Virus record (IMG/VR): IMGVR_UViG_3300036715_004471
Span: 248,001-312,000 of that record
Length of the DNA stretch: 64,000 bases
Strand: one strand, 5' to 3'
Shown: piece by piece, positions 1 through 10,004 of the stretch
How the letters are laid out: each line of letters starts with the position of its first letter
Numbering within the stretch: position 1 is the stretch's first letter
The notes under the pieces: generated by a model
Database searches by the model: none
What the model was told of the DNA's origin: nothing
Seen by the model: the letters and a program-made list of their open reading frames with translations, nothing else
Program-made: the position numbers and the translations under genes

Positions 1-371
1 CATTTTTTATAAGCTTTTACTAATTCTTCTTCCGGAAAAATATCTCCATTAGAATTCTTATATGGCTTGATGCTTGGATCATTAGATGTCCAGCGCCAAG
101 TGCCACCTCTTTTATCCCAACCAACTTGTACTTGTTCTCCTCTAGCATTTAGCTTGAGAGTACCATCATCGTTGAGAGAAGATGCCTCAGCAGCATGCAT
201 CATAACAGCTGAGAAATACAAAAAGTCTTCAGCCTTAGGAGCTATCTTCTTAAGATTAGCGGCTGTTTTTCTAAAATTTTCCAATACTTCAGCACTGACT
301 GCCGGAATACAAGATTCTGTATTCTCAATTCTGCTGATTTCAATAAGTTCACCCAATTTGACAAATGGCAT
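1..371 (-). CDS. 5' part of a gene running off the left edge; probable prohead/capsid maturation protease
   Basis: Not in ORF track. My translation from ATG 371: MPFVKLGELIE...FRKTAANLKK...YKNSNGDIFPEEELVKAYKK(W), open to position 1. The NxNGDxFxxEEL motif resembles phage prohead proteases; lies in the portal/terminase module. Confidence 0.45.
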   Translation of the reverse strand, partial: MPFVKLGELIEISRIENTESCIPAVSAEVLENFRKTAANLKKIAPKAEDFLYFSAVMMHAAEASSLNDDGTLKLNARGEQVQVGWDKRGGTWRWTSNDPSIKPYKNSNGDIFPEEELVKAYKK

Positions 372-374
372 TAT

Positions 375-536
375 TTATCTCCCTGATTTCTTCTCTATTG
401 AAGTATCAGCACTGTCGTCCTCAGACTGCTTAGTTAATTTCTTTGACAAGTCATTAACAGATTGTTTTTGTTGTTCTGTTAATTCTTCTTCATCAAGAAC
501 AGTCATTATTTTTCCATCACCATGTTTTATAAACAT
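375..536 (-). CDS. small hypothetical protein (53 aa)
   Basis: ATG 536 preceded by GGAG; stop 3 nt before the next ATG. Confidence 0.6.
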   Translation of the reverse strand: MFIKHGDGKIMTVLDEEELTEQQKQSVNDLSKKLTKQSEDDSADTSIEKKSGR

Positions 537-640
537 CTTAACTCTCCGTCTGAGAGAATCATAATAAGTACAATTACTATAAGGAATTATTGCTATAACG
601 TGCAACTTACTCTCTCGTATACAACATTATTACCAAATTT

Positions 641-1288
641 TTAACCTACTTGTGTTCTCTCTTTTATTATTTCGTTTAGTTGATCTTGTCTTTTATTGAA
701 AAGATCTAGTATCAAAGGCGTTTTCTTCTGCACTCGCATTTGTAAATCGTCACTAACAGTATCAACCCAGCTTTTAGCCAAAATGTTGGATTGAATGTGA
801 GATTTGATTCTTTCATCAATGATCTCATCTATTTCTTCACACTGTTTTTGAATATTTTCAATTGAAGTTACTACAGTTTTGGCAAATTCTTTTGATTCCA
901 AATCATTAAAAACATCTGCAAAACTATTAACTTTTACTTCTAAATCATCAATTGAAGATATGAAAGACTTCATTAATTTTAGTGTTTGAGTATCTGAAGA
1001 AAAAACTTGCATTACATTAATACATTTGAATGCCGCAACCTTAAATTCATTAAAATTCTCAATTGATTTGTCTCTAAATCTTCTAATAGCTGCACGTGCC
1101 TTTTGAACATCATCGGGAGACATTTCTGGATTATCTTTGAATGGAGTTTTCATAATATCCAAATGATTGGATGCCATGTCTAACATTTTCAATGAATGAT
1201 TAAAACATAATAAGGCTCGTTCTGCCTGCATCTTTTCAGAATCAGAAACATCATATGTCATTTGAACAGAATAGCCCTTTTTAATCAT
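641..1288 (-). CDS. hypothetical helical protein
   Basis: Start MIKKGYS (1288) overlaps the upstream stop (ATGATTAA). Confidence 0.7.
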   Translation of the reverse strand: MIKKGYSVQMTYDVSDSEKMQAERALLCFNHSLKMLDMASNHLDIMKTPFKDNPEMSPDDVQKARAAIRRFRDKSIENFNEFKVAAFKCINVMQVFSSDTQTLKLMKSFISSIDDLEVKVNSFADVFNDLESKEFAKTVVTSIENIQKQCEEIDEIIDERIKSHIQSNILAKSWVDTVSDDLQMRVQKKTPLILDLFNKRQDQLNEIIKERTQVG

Positions 1289-2033
1289 AGAAAAACCCGC
1301 CATAATTCTCAGTTGGACCAAAACCTCTAGCACCAGCATCATTATCAAATGTTCCAACTTGAGGAATTGCGTCTTCTGAAGGATGTTCTTTTATTGGCTT
1401 ATTGGGATGGTAATTTTCTCTGGTAGGAGATTGGTCGTCAATATAATTATATACAGCGTCCATTGGATTTTGTCTAGTTTGACTTAAATATGGAGCAAAT
1501 GATCCTTGATGTCCTTCATCTAAAAAAGAGTCTCTATTATCACTCTTATATTCTCTCTCGTTCGAGACAATATCAGCTTGATTAACATCTTTAATAGGTT
1601 TGCAATTTCTAATAAGCTTTTTATAAGTATTTATTACATGTGGCGGTAACCCAACTCCAAATCCTAATGATTCTGCTTCTTGAATAGCCTTTTCAGAATC
1701 TTTACCCAAAAATTTACACTCTATAAGCGCACAAGCTAATCCCGTACGATCTTTACCATGTAAACAATGGATAAAAGTTGGACCACCTGTTAGAAATAAC
1801 TTATTAAAATCATGACTTAAAAAATCTAATAATGATTTACGAGTATAGTCTATTGGAACCATTACATGAATAATGCCGACCGCTTTACAAATACGATCTA
1901 TCTTGTCTCCCGATTCTTTATCTAGGGAAACAATCTTTTTGATACCAAATTTTTTTAGATTAGCTACATCTTGAGGAGAAGGGGCGCTGCCACGATATAA
2001 TTCATTTGTTACTTTCTTAAACCTATGAATCAT
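1281..2033 (-). CDS. protein-tyrosine/dual-specificity phosphatase family protein with C-terminal extension
   Basis: P-loop HCLHGKDRTG (CX5R); N-terminal LYRGSAP and GIKKIVSL typical of small DSP/PTP domains. Confidence 0.85.
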   Translation of the reverse strand: MIHRFKKVTNELYRGSAPSPQDVANLKKFGIKKIVSLDKESGDKIDRICKAVGIIHVMVPIDYTRKSLLDFLSHDFNKLFLTGGPTFIHCLHGKDRTGLACALIECKFLGKDSEKAIQEAESLGFGVGLPPHVINTYKKLIRNCKPIKDVNQADIVSNEREYKSDNRDSFLDEGHQGSFAPYLSQTRQNPMDAVYNYIDDQSPTRENYHPNKPIKEHPSEDAIPQVGTFDNDAGARGFGPTENYGGFFYD

Positions 2034-2770
2034 ATCAGATTCCTTGTAATGTTATTTAAGACCTTTCTAATATATTGAGCATCATGATTAAATAACACAT
2101 GTTTAATGAAAGTAATAGATTGACCCATAGTTGCAGTAGCCGGCATATTCTTTATTGCCATCTCTTGTTCATTCAAATGATAAATCTTTGTTCTTAATTT
2201 AGGTAAAACAAAATCCCTTTTTTCCGCAGGTAATTTATTCAAAGTAAATCTAACAATGTCTGCCAAATACTTTCCTACTAGTATCGGATCTCCCAATTCA
2301 CTGAGGGCAGCATTTTTAACTAGTTTCTTCTTTATTTTGATAGGATGACTTTTATTGAATTTAATCAAAGAGTTTTGTAAGGCAATTTTCTCCGGTTTTT
2401 GCAATTTCTTTTTAACAGCCTTATCAAATTCTTTTTTGAATAGTTGCAAAAAATATATAACTTGTTCTTTAGAAGCTTCTTTTCTTAAACGACGCATAAT
2501 AGCAGAATATGAAAAATCATCAATTTGAGTCAAATCAATAACTTTTTCGTCCTGAGCATCACTCTTGTCTTTGAAATATTCTACTTGCTTTAATCTTTTT
2601 TCTGCACCTGATCTAGAACCAGAAGTTCCCAAATTCTTTCCTTTACCAGAAAGAACACGATACTTACCACTAGGCAATTTTTTAATACGCCCCTCTTTTA
2701 TGGTCAAGCACAATTGTTCATATTGGCTTGCCATTTTGGTTATTTGTTCTAGATTGTATGTCATAGTCAT
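2030..2770 (-). CDS. hypothetical protein
   Basis: 246-aa ORF with 4-nt overlaps to both neighbours; basic segment IKKLPSGKYRVLSGKGKNLGT...AEKRLKQVEYFK. Confidence 0.75.
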   Translation of the reverse strand: MTMTYNLEQITKMASQYEQLCLTIKEGRIKKLPSGKYRVLSGKGKNLGTSGSRSGAEKRLKQVEYFKDKSDAQDEKVIDLTQIDDFSYSAIMRRLRKEASKEQVIYFLQLFKKEFDKAVKKKLQKPEKIALQNSLIKFNKSHPIKIKKKLVKNAALSELGDPILVGKYLADIVRFTLNKLPAEKRDFVLPKLRTKIYHLNEQEMAIKNMPATATMGQSITFIKHVLFNHDAQYIRKVLNNITRNLI

Positions 2771-3159
2771 TTCGCAAAAGCAGCTTTAACATCCAAAGAC
2801 TCTTTACTTCTTAATAACATGTCTTCCAAAATACCATTACCATCAACTTCTGTAAGAGCCCTGATGGCTCTTTCATTTATAAACAAAATATTGCCTAATT
2901 TAACTTTTTTGTTTTTGCCTTTTGAATCAACATAAGCGCCATTGATAACCAAACACTCTCTATATGCACTTATTACTTTTCCACAAAGAATAGCGGGATA
3001 AGAAGTAGAAATTTGTTCAGTGCTAACTTCTTCATAAGAATCTCCAAGATAGATTTCTATAAATCTATCCTTGAATAATTCGGCGAGAAATTCAGCAAAT
3101 GTTTTTCCTGATCCTGCTAATTTGCCAGCTAATTCTTGAACTTCTATTTCAGTTGCCAT
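2767..3159 (-). CDS. hypothetical protein
   Basis: 130-aa ORF, tightly packed in operon. Confidence 0.7.
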   Translation of the reverse strand: MATEIEVQELAGKLAGSGKTFAEFLAELFKDRFIEIYLGDSYEEVSTEQISTSYPAILCGKVISAYRECLVINGAYVDSKGKNKKVKLGNILFINERAIRALTEVDGNGILEDMLLRSKESLDVKAAFAK

Positions 3160-3166
3160 TGTTCCC

Positions 3167-4144
3167 TTAGATAAACTTAAGTAAGAATTTTTTATGTTGA
3201 TGTTCGGCAGACTTCAAATTTATTTGACTATGTATAGATTTTTGTTCTGCAAAACATTCAGTATTAACAAGGACTTTTCCAATTTTATTAGTAGCTACTT
3301 GAAAAGCCTCGACAACCGAATTAGTCAACTGTTTCGTAACTTCTAAACATTCTATAGATGGTCCTGGAATATTACATTCTATTTCAACTTCTTGACCATC
3401 TGTATGAGTATATGCGTTTGCCATCAATTCTTCTTCTAATGCTGAGCAAAGTATTCTTGCAAACTCTACTGAATTAGTATAACTATCAGAATTGACTTTC
3501 ACTAAGATGTTATTATATGGCAACATCTTTTTGTATAATCTTTTGTTTTTTCTTTCAGAGGCAGCAACCATTTGTAAATAGCTATCCAAAATATTGGTCA
3601 ATGAATTATCATTTGCCGGAACTTTAGGAACCATAGCTATACTACTTTCTGCATTAGATTTAGAATATTGAGAATATAATTTCGTCAAACTTTTGGTGTA
3701 AGGTTCTTCGTTGGCAGTATAATATCCGGCGGCTTTTAATGCTTTTGAAAATTTTACTGGATCAGGATTTAAAATATGTTGCCAAGCTTCAGAATATTTT
3801 TTTCCACTAATGAATTTCAAATAATCTTCTGCACCCATTTGTAAAGATGGATAAGCTCTATATTTAAGATTCATCTTTTTCCAGGACCCAGGTTTAACTT
3901 GTTCTTTTGTAGTCAAATCATCAAAATAATCGTATGGTCCTTTGCTATCCGTAGTAATATTACCTACGTTGTAATTCCACATACTTTTTCTATGACCTGT
4001 TTCAAGGGCATTCTGTGCCAAAACCATAGCAACTTGTTCTTTAGAGGGAGTATCTCCAAATAGTTTTCTCCATGCCCCCGAAATGGCTTGAGCCATTTGA
4101 GAAGCCGAAATATCTGTTTTGACACGGCGAACTCTGTTTCCCAT
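3167..4144 (-). CDS. GH73/FlgJ-like glucosaminidase (peptidoglycan hydrolase) domain plus unknown C-terminal domain
   Basis: AQNALETG (catalytic Glu), NYNVGNI, YRAYPS, KALKAAGYYTA match the FlgJ/glucosaminidase pattern. Confidence 0.75.
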   Translation of the reverse strand: MGNRVRRVKTDISASQMAQAISGAWRKLFGDTPSKEQVAMVLAQNALETGHRKSMWNYNVGNITTDSKGPYDYFDDLTTKEQVKPGSWKKMNLKYRAYPSLQMGAEDYLKFISGKKYSEAWQHILNPDPVKFSKALKAAGYYTANEEPYTKSLTKLYSQYSKSNAESSIAMVPKVPANDNSLTNILDSYLQMVAASERKNKRLYKKMLPYNNILVKVNSDSYTNSVEFARILCSALEEELMANAYTHTDGQEVEIECNIPGPSIECLEVTKQLTNSVVEAFQVATNKIGKVLVNTECFAEQKSIHSQINLKSAEHQHKKFLLKFI

Positions 4145-4145
4145 G

Positions 4146-5432
4146 TTATCCCTTGATAGATTTTACTATTTGAAATAGCTTCAAAGCTGTTTCCGGATCA
4201 GAGCCTTGAATAGATTTCGCATATCTAGCAATATGAACTGCTAAGAATTTTGGCGATTCCTCCCCTAATGTTTCTAAAGAATCAAAAAATTGTTTATGTG
4301 CCGGGGCTAACTTTGTCTGTGTAGTGCGTGTAGAATTTGGAGATGGTTGGGGAGCCGTAATAGGATCAGCATCAGGATCCTGTACGCCTTGATCTGTTAT
4401 TTCTCCTGTGATTGGGTTAACATTTCTCATTCTCCCCTGATCAATAACATGAGGCGGCATTTGTGGAATTTTTGGAAGAGGAGGTGCTATTTGTGGAACT
4501 TTTCCAAGAGGACGAGATAATGGTTTATTTTGAACTAAAGTGATTGTTTGATCAGGATCAGGATTAATACCGCTACCGCCACCAGCTGGTGGAGCTGTAA
4601 CTTCTTTTTTTCCTAATTCATCTGGCTTGGTAGTAGTATCAACTTTAGTTGGAGCACTAAACTCTGGTCTCTCAATAAATCCTTTAACATGCTCAGTATA
4701 GAATTTCTTAAATCCTTTATCGCCATTTTCGAAGACATTAAAATTATTGGTTATTTTGTCTGACAAATTAATATATGCATCAGGATTTCTGGTAGCTCTG
4801 GCTTTTGCCATATCTTTCAAACTACTTAAAATGATACTCAATAGTTTTTCTGATTGTGCCAATAGAGATGTCGCATCATCTTTTAATTTCTTTATCTTGT
4901 GTGGGTATCTTTTTTCCCAAGCAGCTAAAGCCCTTCCTCTTTCAGTAGCAATGTTAGTAAAGAAATCTAACAAATTAGCTTCTTTTACAAAATAAGGCTG
5001 TAGGGAAGCGCTTTTTAATCTTCCGTTCAAATCTTGTAAATGTTTCTTTGTCTCATCATCCATATCTTGGAAAAGAAATTTCTCATGAGTTTTGTCAACA
5101 TTACTTTTGAATAAACCTAATAGGTGAGCAATATCATAAACCTTCTTATGAAATCTACCTAAATCTGCAACAACCCTCATGTATTCGCGTCTGTTTAAAT
5201 TAGACTTGATAGACTTAAGAACATCTTTCAAACTAGTAGCATCAGATGGAGCAGAAGCATCACCAACTTGTTCACCAGCAGCAATAGCTCTAACTCCATC
5301 ATCTACATTACGTAGATGATCCATAATTTGTTTGAATTCTGGATTAAAGTATTTTTCAGTGGCAATACCACTGACATTTGTCATCTCTCTTAACTTGTTA
5401 AGAAGACTTCTTTTTTGGGCAGTTTTCTGCAT
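4146..5432 (-). CDS. hypothetical, probably virion-associated protein with Pro-rich linker
   Basis: Start MQKTAQ preceded by AGAGG; directly downstream of portal. Confidence 0.7.
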   Translation of the reverse strand: MQKTAQKRSLLNKLREMTNVSGIATEKYFNPEFKQIMDHLRNVDDGVRAIAAGEQVGDASAPSDATSLKDVLKSIKSNLNRREYMRVVADLGRFHKKVYDIAHLLGLFKSNVDKTHEKFLFQDMDDETKKHLQDLNGRLKSASLQPYFVKEANLLDFFTNIATERGRALAAWEKRYPHKIKKLKDDATSLLAQSEKLLSIILSSLKDMAKARATRNPDAYINLSDKITNNFNVFENGDKGFKKFYTEHVKGFIERPEFSAPTKVDTTTKPDELGKKEVTAPPAGGGSGINPDPDQTITLVQNKPLSRPLGKVPQIAPPLPKIPQMPPHVIDQGRMRNVNPITGEITDQGVQDPDADPITAPQPSPNSTRTTQTKLAPAHKQFFDSLETLGEESPKFLAVHIARYAKSIQGSDPETALKLFQIVKSIKG

Positions 5433-5529
5433 AATAAAAACCCTCTGCATATATGTACCGGAATCTGTAAAACAATACAAGATTATACATACGTAGAGGG
5501 TTATTAACTATTTTGGATTAAATTCCTTA

Positions 5530-7377
5530 TTATTTTGGTGGCGGTCCACTTGGAGGAGGAGGTGGTGCTGAAGGAGGCTCTCCACCCAAAGGTCCGGAAG
5601 GCATTGGTGGAGGCATTCCTCCGCCTGGAGGCGCGCCCAAATCTAATCCTGGCATTCCACCTGGAGGTGGAGCTCCCATTTGTCCTGGCACAGTTCCATC
5701 TGCACCTGGTTGTGCAGGATTTTGTGATTGAGGAATTTCATCTTCATCATCCAAAGCTCTCAAAGAATTCAGATCAAGAGTGTCCAAAGACATTTGTTCT
5801 TTCTTAGCAATAGCATTTTGAATGGCTTCTTTACGTATCTTTCTAGTTTCATCTTCAAATTCTAAACCCATAGAACGATATAAAGTGTGAACTGATGCTC
5901 TTTTTTGATCGGCAGTTCCTTGTGTCAAGGTAACTAAAGTATTTATATAATCACCAGCATCAAATAATGACATATGATTCCAATCAATCTCTGGAACAAT
6001 TAATTGTTTTTCTCCATTGGAATAATCATAAAATCCTTGAATCTTAGAGATTGGGGCAAAAATCTTTCTTTTCAACCAAGTTGACATCATATTACGAAAT
6101 TGCATGTAACGCTGTCTCAAAACATCTAATGCTACACCACCGTTTGCATACGTAGTATCAGCACCACCATCCATTAAGACTGGTGGAACTTGTAATCCAA
6201 CATATATTTCTTTGATTATTTGAGTGATATCTCCAGAAATATCATATATGCCTTGACCATATCCAACTCTTTCAACTGCCACTCCTGCATGAGTAAAGAT
6301 TTTGAAATCTTTATCATATTGAGCTTCTTCGAAAATGCTTCTCCAAGCTTCTAAATCAGCAAATGTAGGATGAAGAGCATCATTTCCTTCTCCACCAATT
6401 TTTACTAAAGTTAATGGATTGATCATGTTATCTGCTTGAGCATACTTAGATTCTCTCAATTTATCGAATAACATAAGCTGTCTAAAAATACAAACAGGAA
6501 GCCCCGTGCCCCTGATTTCATAAGGGCTGATTCTTCTGGCTAAATGAGAAACATGAAAATTATCCAAAGGAATATTTTCGCCACGCTTTACAGAATCAAT
6601 AATGTGTTGATTAAGTTGTTTACGTTGTTCAATATCAGTTGATTTATTGGAAAAAATGATTTTCTTTAAATTCTCATCAGGATGTAACATGATAATTGGT
6701 TCATTAGCCACCACAGTACGTTTTACCAACATATAATCTGGGTTTTGAATCAATAATCTACTCCACTTACCCCTGCTTTCATCCAATTCAGCATAAACAA
6801 AAGATTCTCCCAAAAGCCAATACTCTTGAGCAATCTGCACGCAAATATTCATTAAATCAATTTCCTCAATCATGTCATTGAAGAATTTCTCAATATCTTT
6901 ATTGGGACATTTAATATTCAATTTGCTAATTGGATATGTACTATGAAGGTTAATAGCATTATGTACGAATGGATTCAAAGCATAAAAACTGCGACACCAA
7001 GCATTAATAGTAGCTCTATCTCTAGGAAGATTTAAGTTGCTATTAAGCCAAAGTGGAGAATATACTTCGGGAGCCTGCTTAACAGTGTCTCCATTTCCAC
7101 CACGATAACCGCCACCACTAACAATTTGAGCATATTTTTTCATGCCCACAGAAGCGGTAACAAATGAATTATGAGTTAAGTCATTTTCTTTATTAGAAGG
7201 ACCCGAACCATCTCTGAAGAAACCTTGTTCTACCTCATCTGCTAATCCGTCTCTACGTACGCTAGAAACGCCTTGAGCCATTAGAGCACTAACTTGGGGA
7301 ACAGTTGATCTTTTTTGCATAAACTGTTCTGAATTAGATGGTCCAACCCACCGTTTTGAAGATTTATTTACAGCCAT
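5530..7377 (-). CDS. portal protein (putative) with Pro/Gly-rich C-terminal tail
   Basis: 615 aa, immediately downstream of the terminase; NPFVHNAINLH, HLARRISPYEIRGT and NPLTLVKIG segments resemble large-phage portals. Confidence 0.7.
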   Translation of the reverse strand: MAVNKSSKRWVGPSNSEQFMQKRSTVPQVSALMAQGVSSVRRDGLADEVEQGFFRDGSGPSNKENDLTHNSFVTASVGMKKYAQIVSGGGYRGGNGDTVKQAPEVYSPLWLNSNLNLPRDRATINAWCRSFYALNPFVHNAINLHSTYPISKLNIKCPNKDIEKFFNDMIEEIDLMNICVQIAQEYWLLGESFVYAELDESRGKWSRLLIQNPDYMLVKRTVVANEPIIMLHPDENLKKIIFSNKSTDIEQRKQLNQHIIDSVKRGENIPLDNFHVSHLARRISPYEIRGTGLPVCIFRQLMLFDKLRESKYAQADNMINPLTLVKIGGEGNDALHPTFADLEAWRSIFEEAQYDKDFKIFTHAGVAVERVGYGQGIYDISGDITQIIKEIYVGLQVPPVLMDGGADTTYANGGVALDVLRQRYMQFRNMMSTWLKRKIFAPISKIQGFYDYSNGEKQLIVPEIDWNHMSLFDAGDYINTLVTLTQGTADQKRASVHTLYRSMGLEFEDETRKIRKEAIQNAIAKKEQMSLDTLDLNSLRALDDEDEIPQSQNPAQPGADGTVPGQMGAPPPGGMPGLDLGAPPGGGMPPPMPSGPLGGEPPSAPPPPPSGPPPK

Positions 7378-7424
7378 GAAACCTCTGTCATATCCTATAC
7401 CTTAACTCTAATTCCATAAATAAC

Positions 7425-7432
7425 ATATATCA
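7425..7432 (-). promoter_or_regulatory. TGATATAT putative extended -10 element upstream of portal
   Basis: Intergenic copy of an octamer recurring at gene boundaries. Confidence 0.45.
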
Positions 7433-7437
7433 TTAGA

Positions 7438-9318
7438 TTAAAATCTACGTCCAATATGCCCAGTGGTAATCAGTGGCTTGTTGGCTTCTTGAAACGTTTG
7501 TTGTTGAATCATTGGATTATTATTCTTGAAACCTTTAGTTAAGATAAACTTATAAGCCAAATAAGCATTTAATAAAGCCATAAATCCATCGTTTGGAGTA
7601 CCGCCTTTTACATAATGAATACTATGATCTCCATATTTAGAAATAGAAGGACTAATTTCCATACTAGCACAATGCTCGATTAACCAAGCAATTTTTTCAT
7701 AATCTCCAAAAGGAAACTTAACGTTACCCTTTTTCATTAATTCATAAAATTCACCAATATAATGATCTCTTTCAAAAACAATCTCTTTAGGAAAAGCATC
7801 AGCAGTATATTTAACGTGACCATTGACTTTATTATGAGCACGGGAAACTAGATAACGATCTCCATAAACATTATGCAACATTGAAGAAAAATCTTGAGAG
7901 AAACCAATATCTCCAACCGCCAACTGCACACTATATTGTCTCATAATTTGGTCAATTAAACCTTTCTTACTTTCCATATCATTTCTTTTGAATTTTGTTG
8001 CAAATTCAATGGATAATAAGTTTGGTCCTTTTGCTATTAATACTACGGCTGTGCTATAAGATTGACCTGTTAATTTAACTTTTTCTGGATTTGCTAACTG
8101 CTCTAAATCTGAACGAGCACCATAATCGATCCCTAAAACAACCAATTGATCTTTACTAGGTTCTATTCTGGCTCTAAATTTTCTACCGGGCTCGCCGCAC
8201 ATTTCCCTAATTTCTTCTACTGAAATTGGAGAGGCATCACCTTGATAAAATTCTCCCAATACTTCATTTTGATACACGCGTTCAGTGTTGATAGGATGTT
8301 TGCCCGGCTTTTCATTAATCAAATCTTCTCTGGTAAACATGGGCATGTAAATCTGATTGATATGAAAACCTATCATTTGACAATCTGGATCTTGTTCTGA
8401 TTTCAAAGCAATCCACTTGCCTCTTTCAGCAGCTTCGCGCTTATCTTGTTCATGACCACAATGAACACATTTAACTATGAATCCATGTATCCATATTTTT
8501 TCCCAATCATCACTTCCAGGAGTATATAATGGAAAATGATTCTCACATTTTTCACATCCTAAATAGAAGTATTGCTGAGATGATGATTGCCACATCTTGT
8601 GAAAATCAGAGCCTTTACGACGCGGCGTTCCAAAGTATACTTGTACACCTTTAGTTGGTTTACCATACTTAGCCGTAGTTAATACCTTCAAAGAGTTACC
8701 AATAGCCATACTGGTAGTCTTCTGAACTTCATCAAAAAATAACACATCAGCCGTACGACCCATGATGCGATCTCCATCCAAACCTACAGATTCTACCCAA
8801 ATATGATTTCCATTTACAAATTGTTTGAAATGCAAAGAATCATTGGTTGCACTGGTTTGATCTAATAATGATTGCATGTATGATTTAGGTCTCGCTGCTT
8901 TTTTACTTTCTTCTGGATTAGCTGGAAGAGACGAAGAAATCATTTGATTCAATTTAGTTTTAGAATAGGCGGCAGCTAATTCTAATTGAGGAAAAGCATG
9001 AATTACTCTAATTGGCGGCTTATCACCACTTCCAAAAATACCAGAGCCCATGAAGTACATTTCTAAAGCACCTGCCATGGTTGTTCCTCCAACCTGACGT
9101 CCCTTTACCATAATAACTGGTTTGGCATTTGGCTCTAAAGCTTTTATTCCAATGTATCTATAGATATCAGAAAAAGGTTTATACCCGTTGCCACTCAGAC
9201 GAAATGGTTTTCCATCTAGAGTAAGATAGTGCTCTACAAAAGCCACGGGATCAAGCATTATAAGTTGTCTTTTTAACTTTTCAAATAGTTCTTTGTCATC
9301 AATATTTAATGTCGGCAT
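7438..9318 (-). CDS. terL: terminase large subunit (lambda GpA-like)
   Basis: Walker A region VKGRQVGGTT, Walker B LFFDEVQ, CxxC pairs CEKC/CVHC between the domains, nuclease LGIDYG. Confidence 0.9.
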   Translation of the reverse strand: MPTLNIDDKELFEKLKRQLIMLDPVAFVEHYLTLDGKPFRLSGNGYKPFSDIYRYIGIKALEPNAKPVIMVKGRQVGGTTMAGALEMYFMGSGIFGSGDKPPIRVIHAFPQLELAAAYSKTKLNQMISSSLPANPEESKKAARPKSYMQSLLDQTSATNDSLHFKQFVNGNHIWVESVGLDGDRIMGRTADVLFFDEVQKTTSMAIGNSLKVLTTAKYGKPTKGVQVYFGTPRRKGSDFHKMWQSSSQQYFYLGCEKCENHFPLYTPGSDDWEKIWIHGFIVKCVHCGHEQDKREAAERGKWIALKSEQDPDCQMIGFHINQIYMPMFTREDLINEKPGKHPINTERVYQNEVLGEFYQGDASPISVEEIREMCGEPGRKFRARIEPSKDQLVVLGIDYGARSDLEQLANPEKVKLTGQSYSTAVVLIAKGPNLLSIEFATKFKRNDMESKKGLIDQIMRQYSVQLAVGDIGFSQDFSSMLHNVYGDRYLVSRAHNKVNGHVKYTADAFPKEIVFERDHYIGEFYELMKKGNVKFPFGDYEKIAWLIEHCASMEISPSISKYGDHSIHYVKGGTPNDGFMALLNAYLAYKFILTKGFKNNNPMIQQQTFQEANKPLITTGHIGRRF

Positions 9319-9344
9319 ATCAAAATAACGTTATATGCAGGAAT

Positions 9345-10004
9345 ATGACTTCACAGAAAAATAGGGATCCAGTACAATGTATCAAATGCCACGTTATGTT
9401 AAAACTAGAAGAAAATTGGAAAGAGTATCTTAAAAAGAGGGGAAATTATATATGTGACACTTGTTTTTCGGACTATGGTAAAACATATTATCAAAAAGAT
9501 TCTGTATCAAATTCCAATAAACAATTGGCGCGCTCACGTGTTAAAAAAAGCGCTGTAATTTTCGCGTACGGTGACAAATGCGCTATTTGTCAAGAAGATG
9601 ATTATGACAAATTGACAATTGTTAATTTGAATGGTCCCAAACATAAACATGGAAATATCTATGATTGGCTGTATGATCATGTAACAAAAAAAGACAATTA
9701 TCAAGTACTATGTTACAACTGTGAAAAAAGCAAAATCTCTTATAAAGATAAGTATGCCTTGGAAAATAAGAAGATTGTAATGGAAAAATTTGGGGGATGT
9801 TGTATTGAATGTCAAGAAGATAAAATTGAAAAATTGATTCTACAAAAGACAATTGGCGGTGAGGATCACCGCCAATTACATTCTGGTTCAAATCTATATA
9901 GATGGTTAATTAAAAATCATTATCCGATTGAATTACAGGTTGTTTGTTTTAATTGTTATTTTAGTAAGCTCAATAGGAAAGTATTAGATCTTGACCGGAT
10001 TTAA
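9345..10004 (+). CDS. degenerate tandem HNH-like (His-Me finger) endonuclease, opposite strand
   Basis: Two copies of (Y/F)GxxCxxC...LYxWL...QVxC(Y/F)NC; start 9345 has AGGA upstream; canonical DH lost in both copies. Confidence 0.6.
   Translation: MTSQKNRDPVQCIKCHVMLKLEENWKEYLKKRGNYICDTCFSDYGKTYYQKDSVSNSNKQLARSRVKKSAVIFAYGDKCAICQEDDYDKLTIVNLNGPKHKHGNIYDWLYDHVTKKDNYQVLCYNCEKSKISYKDKYALENKKIVMEKFGGCCIECQEDKIEKLILQKTIGGEDHRQLHSGSNLYRWLIKNHYPIELQVVCFNCYFSKLNRKVLDLDRI

Noticed and set aside
623-640. LKIW** after ORF 641, resembling the AFW tag
   Set aside because: Too short, lacks AF, and is expected by chance in AT-rich DNA.
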